From NCBI GenBank assembly GCA_043722085.1, contig JAYSPL010000054.1:1-33415 (forward strand): a stretch of 33,415 bases of DNA, written 5' to 3'. This document shows, piece by piece, positions 12,258-23,061 of the stretch. A program made the translations under genes and the position numbers. The notes beneath the pieces were generated by a model. That model was not told the DNA's origin, ran no database searches, and saw only the letters and a list, made by a program, of their open reading frames with translations. This stretch comes from Candidatus Altimarinota bacterium. GTDB lineage: Bacteria > Patescibacteriota > Gracilibacteria > BD1-5 > UBA2023. How positions within the stretch are numbered: the stretch's first letter is position 1; every line of letters begins with the position of its first letter.

Positions 12258-12803
12258 ATGTTGTTTTATGATATTAGTCATCTGAGCTATACAGATGCAA
12301 TACATCGTCTTTCAGGGGCTATAAGTGGCAATGACCATATCTCTTGTCAGATAGATTTTGACGCAGATCATAGTAGATCCAAAATTATTCGTGACTTCAT
12401 AGGTATCATATTTGATGCATACTCTATTCATTATCCGTGGAAAGGTCGATTTATTCTTATTACTGATGAGCTCATTAATAATGCCATCGAGCATGGCAGT
12501 ACCCACGGTGATATTGATAGTTGTATCATCGAAGCTGGTACTGATGAAAAAAACGAATTTTTCATTACCCTAGAAGTACACGATACTGGATATGGGAAAG
12601 ATTCCAAAGACGCCACGCATATGAACGATATACGAAGGGATCGACTCAAGCATACGGGTAACGAGATTTATCTGAATAAACGAGGAAGAGGGCTCTTCCA
12701 TATAATTGAAAAACTCGTTGACAGTCTCACTTTTTCAGTCAGTCCAAAGTGAGGACTGGCCGTAAAGATCGAAAAAAGGATACCAAAAATACTTAGCACA
12801 TAG
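12258..12803 (+). CDS. RsbW-like HATPase_c (anti-sigma kinase-like) protein (181 aa)
   Basis: N-box ELINNAIEHG, G1 VHDTGYG and G2 RGRGLFHII; extends through TGA at 12750. Confidence 0.8.
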
Positions 12804-12823
12804 TGGATCGGTATTTTTGGTAT
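12780..12823. terminator. 13-bp inverted repeat spanning the stop codon
   Basis: ATACCAAAAATAC ...18 nt... GTATTTTTGGTAT. Confidence 0.4.
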
Positions 12824-12855
12824 TGATTATCTCTAAAAATAGATATCATATACGT

Positions 12856-13815
12856 ATGATTCCATTTCACAAACTCTATAGCTGGCTATTTAAATCATTC
12901 AATATTTCCTGAGAAACAATCATCATTGATCGTCTTATTAGCGAATGATATACAGAATTTATGATTATAAAAAGATCATGGATTTTTGCAGTATTTATGC
13001 TCTGGATACCGGTTTCTATACTAGTCCTTGCAGGACTGAGTATATATATCGCCTATAGTAGTATCGAAGTTATCAATATTAGATATACTTTCATCGGAGG
13101 TAATATACTGATGGCAAGCATACTCATCATATCAACTATTAACTATATTAGACACTTTAGATCCATTCACCATGAGCCTCAGATAACAAACGATATTGCT
13201 ACATTAAAAAATGAACTCACAGAATGAGATATTTATTTTCAATCATTTTTCAACTGGTCTATCACCAATCAGTGGTTTCTTGTCTGAATATTCTGTATGG
13301 AAATAGCTCTCGTACTCAACTATTGAAAACAAATTGGAGACAATTTTTGGATATTGACACTAGATACGCTTGTTATCTTGATAGAGATATGACTGCTGCG
13401 ACAATATCGAAAACGCATGATGGATCTGGAGATGGATTATAATATCCTGGTACAAGGGAAGATATTTTTTGTGAACCAATCATGACTGTTATCAGTTATT
13501 CAAACAATAGATTGAGAGAAGATAAAAACAGTACAGTCTATATTTCCCAGTAAAATTGCCAGTTTTTTTAATTATGGAACTGTCCATATCCTCACGGAAT
13601 GAGATAATGCAATGATCGGTACAATGAGTATGTACTACGTGACCAACCCTGATAAAACAGTCGCGCATATCCAAGATTTTATCGATGAAGATACTGCTGC
13701 AAAGGTGGATACTATAGTAAAACACAGCGAGCGAATTCCAGATATTAAGACAACTAATAATAGTAAAACTCATACTCTTGATACGAGAGAAAAAATACGA
13801 GATGTCCTCAGATAG
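12856..13815 (+). CDS. Membrane protein (about 4 TM) with a C-terminal bacterial PH-like domain (319 aa)
   Basis: Open with TGA=Gly. The C-terminus IKTVQS...SFFNYGTVHILTEG...YVTNP resembles the bPH pattern. Confidence 0.65.
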
Positions 13816-13825
13816 AAAACGGATA

Positions 13826-14995
13826 TTAAACAGTCCATTTTCCATTTTCAAATATTCGACGTTCACCGATATATACCGCTTCTAGTGCAATAAAGACGTC
13901 AATATGAAATCGTTGTATTTCATTTTTTGGCAGTTTTTTCCCATAGATTCCATGTTTTTTTCAGAGTGAGAGATGTACGCCGGTCTTTCTCTCATAAAAG
14001 TTGATATCCGAAAGGGAAGTATCTCGGGTAATTGCAGGATTGATACCCATCCCGAGCTCACGTACCATAACTTCTCATTCGAATTGGACAATCCAATCAT
14101 AGAGCTTGGCAAAGGCGGGAGGGAAGTCGTTACTCGGAAGTACTCGTCCACTTTCGATAATAAGCTCAAACGGGGTACAGTGTTCCACTGAAAAATCTTC
14201 GCGTGGATATGATTCGATCAGGCATTTTCCATGAACACCCGAGAGGTCGATTGCTTCAGTAAATACTTCTCCTATAGGGAATGTTCCTCACTTATTGGTA
14301 CTACTCGTATAGTCTCCCGTGTTACCGCGAATCTTCTCAAGAGGTCAATACTGCAAAAATTCGCCGTTCACAGATTGTATTCGAGTACAATCAGCTCATA
14401 GAATAAGTCATTCTATGACATTTTGTAGCCTAACGTATTCGGGAGTATGGTATATGAGCGAGCTCGAGAAAGTATCAAATTCTCACTCCAAAATATAGGC
14501 AAGATGGTTAAATTCGACAACATGAATACCAAGATGAAACAATTCGAGTCTAATGCGAAAAGTTGAAAGACGGAAATTGGTAGACTGAACCAGGATTACA
14601 ATGGATCAAGCCGGAAGGGAAGTGAGTTCATTCTTGAGAATCTCAATCTGTGGATCAATCGCGACCTCATTGGGTGTGGTCTTGCAAGTAATATGATGGT
14701 CCAGTCCAACTCGCTTATTTTCATCAATATTATGTGCAGTAATAATGCGGTTTTGCTCTGTAAGGTGAGGATTGTCGGGATTGATAAGTCCACCACGATA
14801 GAGTGGCTGTGGTGGGTTTTTGAACTCACGAACCACTGATGTATCGATATCTGAGAGTACCCGTATCCAGGCATCTGATACTATTTGAGCCAATGGGGAC
14901 TCCGTATCATATAAGAGATATACCGATTGATCTCGGTATTCTAGATTTTTCTTGAGGATATCAGAGCAAGATTGATCAAGCATTTGGGTATTCAT
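13826..14995 (-). CDS. M29/aminopeptidase T-like metallopeptidase (389 aa)
   Basis: GGTFPIGEVFTE, VRELGMGIN, ERKTGVHLSLG and RFHID motifs. Confidence 0.75.
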
Positions 14996-15042
14996 GGAAG
15001 TATATTAGATAGTCGCAGTGTATAGAGAATTTTAAAAAGGCA

Positions 15043-15079
15043 AGAACATATAATGAGAATTATTCTCATTATATGTTCT
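15043..15079. promoter_or_regulatory. Perfect 18-1-18 palindrome; Fur-box-like operator
   Basis: AGAACATATAATGAGAAT-T-ATTCTCATTATATGTTCT. Positions 15049-15067 match GATAATGATAATCATTATC at 15/19. Confidence 0.5.
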
Positions 15080-15395
15080 ATTACAATACCATATTATGAA
15101 AACTGGCTCGTAGGCGTGTTTTTATTGGTTTTCCGACTAAACGGGATCATCTTGTGTGATAAAAAACAAAGGAGATGCCCATATATCACTATGATTCGTC
15201 ATCACTCCTGAGACTTTTTGGGAAAAATAGAGATTTGATACTTTTTATCTTATCCCTATTTTTTCTTTTTTCCGTCTTTTCTCATTCCATATCTTTCGTA
15301 TCTGGTGCATGAGATATTTCTATCTCTACACAAAGTGTATTCTAGCAGCTACGTAAATACTCGATATGTACTTGCATTATAGTAAAATTCACTAT

Positions 15396-15431
15396 AATCA
15401 CTTCACATAAGTTACATTATGTGAAGTGATT
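15396..15431. other. dif-like Xer recombination site with symmetric arms
   Basis: ACTTCACATAA-GTTACA-TTATGTGAAGT (11-6-11, extendable to 15-bp arms). The TTATGT arm matches the XerD arm of E. coli/B. subtilis dif. It lies 50 nt upstream of the xer ATG. Confidence 0.75.
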
Positions 15432-15481
15432 CGTTTAGGGTATTATTTCGCCAATTCTATTTTCATAATCATACTATGTGT

Positions 15482-16495
15482 ATGAACATCATTACAGCAT
15501 TCGATAATTTTCTCATATATCTCCGTCTGCACAAGGGTCGTTCGCCGAAGACACTCGAGCAATATGCGTTCCACATCTGGAGACTGATTCGCTGGCTGGA
15601 GCCACGCTGAGCAAAGATTTTACCACAATGATTGAATCATTTTTTCTTCTTACCGAACAACTCTGGATACAGTACCGAGAAGCGTCAGGTCATACGAGAT
15701 CTCATTGTCCTCTTCCCTGCCCTAATAGAATCAGTCAAAAAAGAAGATATAGACGCCTGGCGACTGGAGCTCTCTGACTCATGACTGACAGCAAAAACCG
15801 TGAACGCTCATATAATCACGATCAGGTCTTGGCTCAAATATATGAAGAAGGAACAGATTGATTGTCTCGATCCAACCACACTTGACCTCATGCGGGTACA
15901 GGATCGAGAGGTGACATTCCTCACGGGAGAAGAGATCGAAAGGTACTTCGTGGCGATCCCGAGAGAATCCATCCAGTGAAAACGAGACTACGCCATATCT
16001 GAGTGCATCTACTCGACTGGATTGCGTATATCCGAGCTCACAGCACTGAATCGTCAGGATGTGAACTTCGAGACGCTCGAATTCGCTGTACGAGGAAAAT
16101 GAGGCAAGCTCCGGGTCGTCTATCTCACTCCTACGGCCCGAGACGCCATACAGGCCTATCTCGAGGCTCGTAGTGACCACTTTGCCTCCCTCTTCATCCG
16201 ACATAACTACAGTGAATCCGACATCAACTCTTCCCTCCTCTCCGATGACGTGATTCGCCTCTCTCGGTTCCATATCACCAACATGGTAAAGGCATACGGA
16301 CTCCAGGCAGGCATACTCAAAAATATGCACGCACACACGCTCAGGCATTCTTTTGCTACAACACTATTGACAAATGGTGCTGATATCCGTATAATCCAAG
16401 AGCTTCTGGGTCATGCCTCCATCACGACGACCCAAGTCTATACGCATGTGACCAATCCAAAACTCAAAGAAGCTCACCAGAAATATCATAAATAA
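15482..16495 (+). CDS. XerC/XerD-family tyrosine recombinase (337 aa)
   Basis: [18 protein letters not shown] (TGA=G), [25 protein letters not shown]; the catalytic R-K-H-R-H-Y set is intact. Confidence 0.95.
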
Positions 16496-16496
16496 A
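16467..16496 (+). repeat. 30-bp direct repeat, copy 1 (3' end of xer)
   Basis: AAGAAGCTCACCAGAAATATCATAAATAAA, identical to 17014-17043. Confidence 0.95.
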
Positions 16497-16501
16497 AAAA
16501 T

Positions 16502-17005
16502 ATGGCTCAACAAACCTTTGAAGAATTACTAAGAGCGTGAGGTCTATCAAATTATGATGGGCGTTATGGTAAATGACTAATTTCTTATCATAACTATAAG
16601 GGTTTTGATGTATTCGAATTATTACAAGTATATAAAAAGATTAAAAAAAATGCAAATTTAGATTTTAAAAATCTTGATGCCCAATCTGTTCCTTTATTAT
16701 TTGAAAAAAGAATATATTGATCATGAAAGGCTTGAAGACTCCAAAAAAGAATATTACAAGATGCCGTTACAGTTCTTACGGGGTTAAAGAAACCCCCGAT
16801 ACAATCATGAGAAGAATTGACCACTAGAAATATATATAATCTTATTGCTCATTTTTTGGGAGATGAAGATGTATATTGAGACCTCAGACCCGAACAAGCA
16901 AAAAGACTCCTTTCAACAATTGAAATATGGCAAGAATGGGTAAATATGACTCTTCCATTTAAGGAAAGATTCGAGTGAGTAATGCTACAAGAAAATAAGA
17001 AATAA
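16502..17005 (+). CDS. Orphan hypothetical protein (167 aa), AT-rich
   Basis: MAQQTFEELLRAGG...MLQENKK; open only with TGA=Gly; fills the space between the two repeats. Confidence 0.7.
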
Positions 17006-17013
17006 AGTGTACT

Positions 17014-17043
17014 AAGAAGCTCACCAGAAATATCATAAATAAA
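17014..17043 (+). repeat. 30-bp direct repeat, copy 2
   Basis: Exact copy of 16467-16496, 547 bp downstream. Confidence 0.95.
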
Positions 17044-17053
17044 CACCTACCAT

Positions 17054-17393
17054 ATGCCAATCCAAACTTATGGTTTAACTTGATCGTCTTCGTCAACAGA
17101 CGATACTCTTAAACTCCAGCGCATCGACATAAGTATAAAAATTTTGGGAAAACATGACGAAAGATGAGAAAAAAGCATTATAAATAATGGTAACTTTTCA
17201 GATTATCATGGAATGACATCCCGCATCAATCATGCAAATATTGGCTAGTTCTATACAAATTAATAAACCCACCGTATCGGAAGAGTATTCGTGTATACTA
17301 GGTCTATACTGATCACTACTAGCACATTTACAAATAGAAATTCGAGAAAAAATTACCCAATATTTTATCGCAAGAAATGGTAGATCTAGGTAA
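17054..17393 (+). pseudogene. Possible frameshifted orphan gene, or two small ORFs
   Basis: Overlapping ORFs 17054-17248 (64 aa) and 17187-17393 (68 aa) in different frames; no recognisable motif. Confidence 0.3.
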
Positions 17394-17404
17394 ATAACTC
17401 CATT

Positions 17405-17701
17405 ATGACTCGTACTCGCTGCCCCTCTTGCATCTGTGGATTTGATGGTAGTACTGAACGTGAATGAGTACCATCAACACAAACTATCCAAAATATGTTA
17501 TTAGTACGTTTTCTAGATTGTTTGGACAATCTGTGAATCACTCATAGTTCTCTTGACGGTACTCAGGCAATAATTCTATGAGGTAATCTTCGTGATATTT
17601 GTCAGCAAAAAAGAGCAGCCTGTATAGGGAAACTTGCTAAACATAGGATAGCTATTGCCCGTATTCTGAGTGAGCAACTAACCGAAGAAATCGGTTGTTA
17701 A
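17405..17701 (+). CDS. Small Cys-rich hypothetical protein (98 aa)
   Basis: MTRTRCPSCICGFDG...EEIGC; its stop abuts the stop of the convergent gene. Confidence 0.5.
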
Positions 17702-18481
17702 TTATCTCTCTTCCGTCCCAACCCTCTCAAGGACTCCACTTTTTTCACTCTCGGTAAATCTTCTCCACTGCCCTTCCACGAGATCTCCGAGCATCACATT
17801 TTCTACGCGGATACGCTTTAGTTTTTTCACGTCATACTCGACCGCCGTGACCATTCGACGAATTTGTCTATTCTTTCATTCTCGAAGGGTAATCGAAAAC
17901 TTCGAGGAAGAAAGGCGAGTGATATCACAAGGCTTGGTAGTATATTTTCTTGTGATAACAGTATCTTTTCCTTCGACACGCCTCACTATCCGAGTACGCG
18001 ATCCATTGTCCTTGAGCTCGATACGAACTCATTTTCTCATTCTCTCAAGTGCCTCATCATCGATCTTACCGTATACTTCTACGACGTACTCCTTCTCATG
18101 TTCGTAGCGAGGATGCATGAGATAATTCGAGAGTCGCCCATCATTGGTGAGGATGATGAGTCCAGTAGTTTCCTTATCAAGTCTTCCAATTGGAAATACT
18201 CGCTCGGGTATATTGACGATGTCCATAATTCCCTGTTCATCATCCTTTCCAGACAGACAAGTAGTGACAATATCACGGGGCTTGTTAAATACATAGTACA
18301 CCAGATTCTCTTGATCACGGATAATCTGATCTGAGAACTTGACCTCATCACTACTCGGATCAATCACTTGACCAATATGAGAGACGATTCCATTCACCGT
18401 GATCAATCCTAGTTCGATATATTCTTCTGCTTTTCGACGAGAACAGATACCGGCATGGGCAAGATATTTTTGGAGTTTCAT
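17702..18481 (-). CDS. RsuA/RluB/RluF-family rRNA pseudouridine synthase (259 aa)
   Basis: S4 domain LQKYLAHAGICSRRKAE, catalytic GRLDKETTGL, and EGKNRQIRRM (G is TGA). Confidence 0.93.
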
Positions 18482-18703
18482 AGTTCAAATGGAGTGAGGA
18501 AAGTAAAAAGAAATTTTAGCTTTTCGAGCGGAATGCAGAACTAAGAGGCGAAGCCTCATAATCTTTACACTTTCTAATAAAATATGGATGATTGTTTTAT
18601 GAGTCCGCATCATAGGCAAAAAAGCAAAAAAAGCAAAAAAACTTTTGACAGAATCAGAAGTTTTTTTACACTTATTTTTTATCTGCGATTATTTCACATA
18701 AGA

Positions 18704-19024
18704 ATGAATACAATTGAACCAGAATGATGGAGTAGACCAAAAGAAGTTATAACGAATATAAGGGTACAGGATAATGCAGGAAATCCTTGGCCAGTTGAGC
18801 TAATACATAATGGAAAAAAATACAATATCCCTAAAAAATGAATAAGTCTCCATATCAATGGATGAGCAGTTCGTATACAGTGAATTGATATTACAAGTCA
18901 GGTACAAAAATGAGTAGAAAATATATTCCAACATGATTCATGGAAATGAAGTCTAAGAAGAATTGAGATTATAGATTCAGGTAACACCCCCCTCCCTCAT
19001 CCCGAATGATCTCCAGAGTCATAG
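18704..19024 (+). CDS. Hypothetical protein (up to 106 aa), AT-rich
   Basis: Open with TGA=Gly; its 3' end overlaps the convergent gene by 56 nt. Confidence 0.4.
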
Positions 19025-19742
19025 CATAGAGACTCGTATATCCCAGGTCACGGGCGAGTACACGGAGACGGTTCAATGGGCGGATATACCGTAGACGAGT
19101 GAGATTCCCGAGAACATCACGATGTAGTTGTGGAGCAAAAGAACGCAAAAAACGAACAATATTTGCTTCTTCGATGCCCATATCATGCCTACGTAGCGAA
19201 AGTGATTCGAGGAGTGCGAGTTCATATCCACATACTTGTATTTTTTCTGGAGTATCGAGCGTGATCGCATGATCCACAATCGTTCGCCAGAGATTTTTTT
19301 TGCTTGTTTTTGGTCCTGATACCAGCGTTCGAAAGTGTACTTCCCTACCATCAGTCAACTTGATTCGGAGTGACGTATCACGAGTATAGAGGATGAGAAC
19401 TTCTGGGATAGAGTAGTTCTGCAGGTGGAGTTCAATCGCCTTTTCACCTCCAACTACCCCTCAGCCAGGAGCATGTACAGCAATGATTTTTTTTATAAGT
19501 GACCAGTATATCTTTCAGGCGTCAATACTTTCAGTTGGACCCTTCACGATGTAGATTCCACTCGATATCTTTACGACAATTCCCCTGCCCAACAGGATAC
19601 TCATCGCATAGGAAATACGATTTTTGGATCATCCAGACCGCAACCAATATTCGATAACCTCATCCTTGGAGAGGATTTTTCACATTGAACTAGCCATCTT
19701 ATTTACGAAAATGTTAGAAACTGTATTCTCAATTTTACTCAT
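18969..19742 (-). CDS. Winged-helix protein resembling AbiEi-type antitoxins/regulators (257 aa)
   Basis: N-terminal LLGRGIVVKISSGIY wing motif, then GVVGGEKAIELHL...PEVLILYT. The family call is from resemblance only. Confidence 0.5.
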
Positions 19743-19823
19743 TGATACAGTATATTCAAGTTATATATTTTTGCAATATCTTACTATACATTTTTGATAT
19801 AAATATTTTTATAGCTGCAATTG

Positions 19824-19931
19824 ACTGAAGGCGTGGACCTTCAGAACTCATGAAACCATTGTCCATACTGTAGGCTCGTATTGTGTAGGATGGACGTCTT
19901 GATATATATGCCCATATCGAGCTACTTCAGT
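19824..19931. ncRNA. Candidate multi-stem structured element
   Basis: ACTGAAG/CTTCAGT closes the ends. Internal stems are GTCCAT/ATGGAC and CTTGATAT/ATATCGAG, with an alternative local hairpin CTGAAGG/CCTTCAG. Confidence 0.3.
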
Positions 19932-19950
19932 AAATAGAGGTACAAATTAT

Positions 19951-19979
19951 TTGCAAAAATAGCTACATTACAATACAAT
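19951..19979 (+). promoter_or_regulatory. Putative telA promoter
   Basis: TTGCAA-17 nt-TACAAT, 29 nt upstream of ATG 20009. Confidence 0.55.
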
Positions 19980-20008
19980 AGGCCTACTATTTACTAATAT
20001 TCCACACT

Positions 20009-21124
20009 ATGGCCGACGCGCAAGTACAGACACAGGATCCAAAAGATCAAGCTATTGAGATCATCGCTGATATCAAATCACGTCCCTTATCCGTGATAGA
20101 AACGGCAGAAGTTGAAAAAACGTTTTCTGAAGCAAAGGACTTCCGTTCGCTCGGTGAAAAGATAACGGCACCAATCGACTCGATAATATCTGAAACCGCC
20201 GCAATCATCGACTCAGATCCAATCATGAATGTATCAGATACACTCTCGCAGATGAACAACAATGTCCAGTCAGTCTATAAGGAGATTATCAACAATGACG
20301 GCGCCGTTATGAGAATTGCAAAATCTATTCCAATTCTTGGAGGACTCATGAAGTCTCTAGATGCAAAATGGGATGAGGCGGCCTTTAATGTAAAATCACT
20401 CGAAGGAAAAATTCAGATGATATTCTCTTGATTTGATCAGGCGTATAACTCTCTCAATACAAGTGTCGATATGCAAAAAAAGTTTCTTGATGGAATAGAC
20501 GCAAATCTCGGAAAGGTGGTCGCATACAAAGAATTCCTCGCTATCAAAATAGAAGAATTTCGGCAAAAGTGAATTGATAGCAAGGATGAAACCGAGAAAA
20601 TGAAATATGATATGTTCGTTCGTCATGTAGAATACTTCCAATCCAATCTTGTGGTGCTGATTGGCAATCTCGATATGGCTCGAAAACGTCTTCTGATGCG
20701 TCTTGATTCTGCATCGAAGCTATCGCTCGCCATGAGTTCATCTCGACCGATTTTCAAGACGCTCCTCTCAACAGCGCTTATCGAAACGAGTAGTCAGAAG
20801 GCGATCGATGCCTCTATGGCAGCCATCAATGTCATGGGATCAACTATCGATAAAATGTCATCGGAACTCACGGATAAGGCGATTGAATCTTCACGCCGTA
20901 GTGAAGAACTCGCGTCCAAGCCAGTACTCTCTGCCTCAGTATTCGTCGAGAATGTAACCAAGCTCAAGAATCACTTCGATACTATCGAGTCATACCGAGC
21001 TCAGATCAAGATCGAGGCGGATGCACAGAAAAAGTCATTCGAAGAGGCGAGTGCACAGCTCAAGGCGATCAAAGTACTAGGCGCCAGGGATCAAGAACAA
21101 TTCGCAGAAGAGCTCAACAAGTAA
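20009..21124 (+). CDS. Toxic anion resistance protein, TelA/KlaA-like coiled-coil (371 aa)
   Basis: All-helical; ...KSIPILGGLM...SLEGKIQMI and a C-terminal QKAIDA...TIDKM...SEEL...PVLS layout resembling TelA. Track ORFs 20009 and 20600 are joined by TGA. Confidence 0.7.
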
Positions 21125-21177
21125 TATATTTGCAAAGAAATCACTTAAAGGCTATGATAAAAGTATCGTAGCTTTTT
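21125..21177 (+). promoter_or_regulatory. Terminator/promoter element, copy 1
   Basis: TATATTTGCAAAGAA...GCTATGATA-aaag-TATCGTAGCTTTTT; contains TTGCAA-17-TATGAT. Confidence 0.7.
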
Positions 21178-21184
21178 GTACAAT

Positions 21185-22216
21185 ATGGAAAATATAGGAC
21201 TCACAATTGTAGAAAGAAAAATTCTTGAAAAAAGGGGTTTTTATATAAAAGATGGTTTCTGAATAGAAAATCTAATAGATATATTCGTACATTTTCTATG
21301 ACTATCTATGTTGTACATGGCATGATGCTGATTATTCTTTATGTCTATTGCATTTTCATTTAATCTTCTATGGATTTTATATTTTATCCTTACACCAATT
21401 TTATTTACCTGATTCACTTTTTTTAGATCCGTAGTGTACTATATTGGTATGTGAAAATTTTTTTACTCTACTGATACTGAGATCATATTTTGAAAGGCGG
21501 AAAAAGATAACTTTAATAGAGAAAAATTAGATAAATTATATAAATCATATGCGAAAGTCGCTTCGATAAAAAATATAAACTGAAACGATACGATAACAAA
21601 AATATTGAAAAATATCCTAATCGTGCTAATTTTTATAATCTGATTGATTGCTATACTGAAACTCAAGTGGTTAGTTCTTATACTGATAGTACCAATATTT
21701 GGCATCCCACTAATCATCGCAACACTCGCAAAAATATATCAATACTTCAATCCCCTCTATGCCTTCGGAAATCTCGGTGAGAAGATACAAAAACTCACAC
21801 CACAGATAGCTACTCAGAGCAAGGCGATAGAGGAAAACTTTGCATCAGATATAAGCTATAGTGTACTCAGTGATGGATTCGATGGACTTGCTTCGACCTT
21901 TGCTCAGATCGTATCTCTCGTGATCCGACTGGAGAAAGTAGAAGCTCGGGCAAATAAGGGAAATCTATTTGATTCGGCTAAGTATATCGGTTCACTCAGA
22001 TCAGATATCGTATGACCGCTTCGTTCTCTTCGAGGATTTTTGGAAACCAAGAGGACCGAGCTCATGTCTACACAACAAGAACTCTCACGAATACGGATTC
22101 AGGTGGGTGGGACGAGTGAGAACAGAGATCTCGCATCAGCGAGAACTGAGCCACTCATGATAGAGCTCACGGAGAATATAGAGAAATTAGATATCATGAT
22201 CGAGAAGATGGGGTAG
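21185..22216 (+). CDS. Membrane protein (about 4 TM) with a helical C-terminal domain (343 aa); paralog of 25819-27081
   Basis: Open with TGA=Gly; contains KRGFY and NLFDSAKYIGSLRSDIVGPLRSL. Confidence 0.75.
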
Positions 22217-22257
22217 ATTTTTTGTACTTTTCTTATTTTTTGTATATAATCTGGCTC

Positions 22258-23061
22258 ATGCAATCTCCTCCTCTCTCGATTCTCATGCCAAAGATAGATG
22301 CTCTCATCGAGCAGATACAGTCTATGCGACCACTAACACAATGAGAACTCAGAGAACTCCAGAAGAGTCTCAGAGTGATGGAGGTCTACAACTCCAATGC
22401 TATCGAAGGGAATACTCTCACTCTTGGTGAAACCAAACTCATCATCGAGGATGGAATCACCATCGGTGGCAAGACGACACGTGAGATGCACGAGGCTGAG
22501 GGTCTCGCTCGTGCGATCGATGCACTCCTCGTAGGGGATCTCGAGATATCTGAGGATACGATCCTCATGTTCCATAGGCTCATCATGCAGAGCATCGATG
22601 ATGAGAACGCAGGGAAATATAGGAAGATACAGGTCTATATATCAGGGGATGATCATCGTCCACCGAAGGCGAGTGAAGTCGCAGAACTCATGAAAGAACT
22701 GATAGTATGGTATCATTCCTCCCTTGATAAGGTTTCGAGTTCGCCACTTTTAGGCGACGAGTTATACCGAAGGAGGAGACTAGGAGGAGGTTTGCATCCA
22801 GTTTTCCTCTCCAGCGAGTTCCACTATCGATTTGTAAGAATTCATCCATTTGTCGATGGCAATGGGCGGACAGCGAGACTCCTGTCGAATCTGATCCTCA
22901 TGAGTCATGGATATCCGATGATCATCGTACCGATCGTGAGACGGGCTGACTATATCAGCGCACTTCATTCAATTACAGGGGGTCTCGATAGATTTCAGGC
23001 ATTTTATGCTGATATCGTTCATGAAAATCTGAGAGACTATATCCGGATGGTGAGCGAATAG
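22258..23061 (+). CDS. Fic-domain protein, class II (267 aa)
   Basis: Catalytic HPFVDGNGRTAR and N-terminal inhibitory SNAIEGN. Confidence 0.93.
22717..22794 (+). repeat. In-frame palindromic repeat-like insertion in the Fic gene
   Basis: TCCTCCCTTGATAAGG...AGGAGACTAGGAGGAGGTTTG encodes SSLDKV...RRRLGGGL just before the conserved HP. Confidence 0.55.

Noticed and set aside
15053-15346. Code-25 ORF of about 97 aa in the gap before xer
   Set aside because: It starts inside the palindrome, has low-complexity composition and shows no motif.
14996-15481. Replication origin
   Set aside because: No DnaA-box cluster was seen and dnaA/dnaN are not in the window.
16467-17043. CRISPR array from the 30-bp repeat
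   Set aside because: There are only two copies, 547 bp apart, one of them coding, and no cas genes.
15482-17701. Classical integron (IntI plus cassettes)
   Set aside because: The recombinase looks Xer-type with only a short insertion, the cargo lies downstream on the same strand, and no attC-like sites were recognised.
18545-18557. GAGGCGAAGCCTC mini-hairpin
   Set aside because: It is a single short copy with no supporting context.
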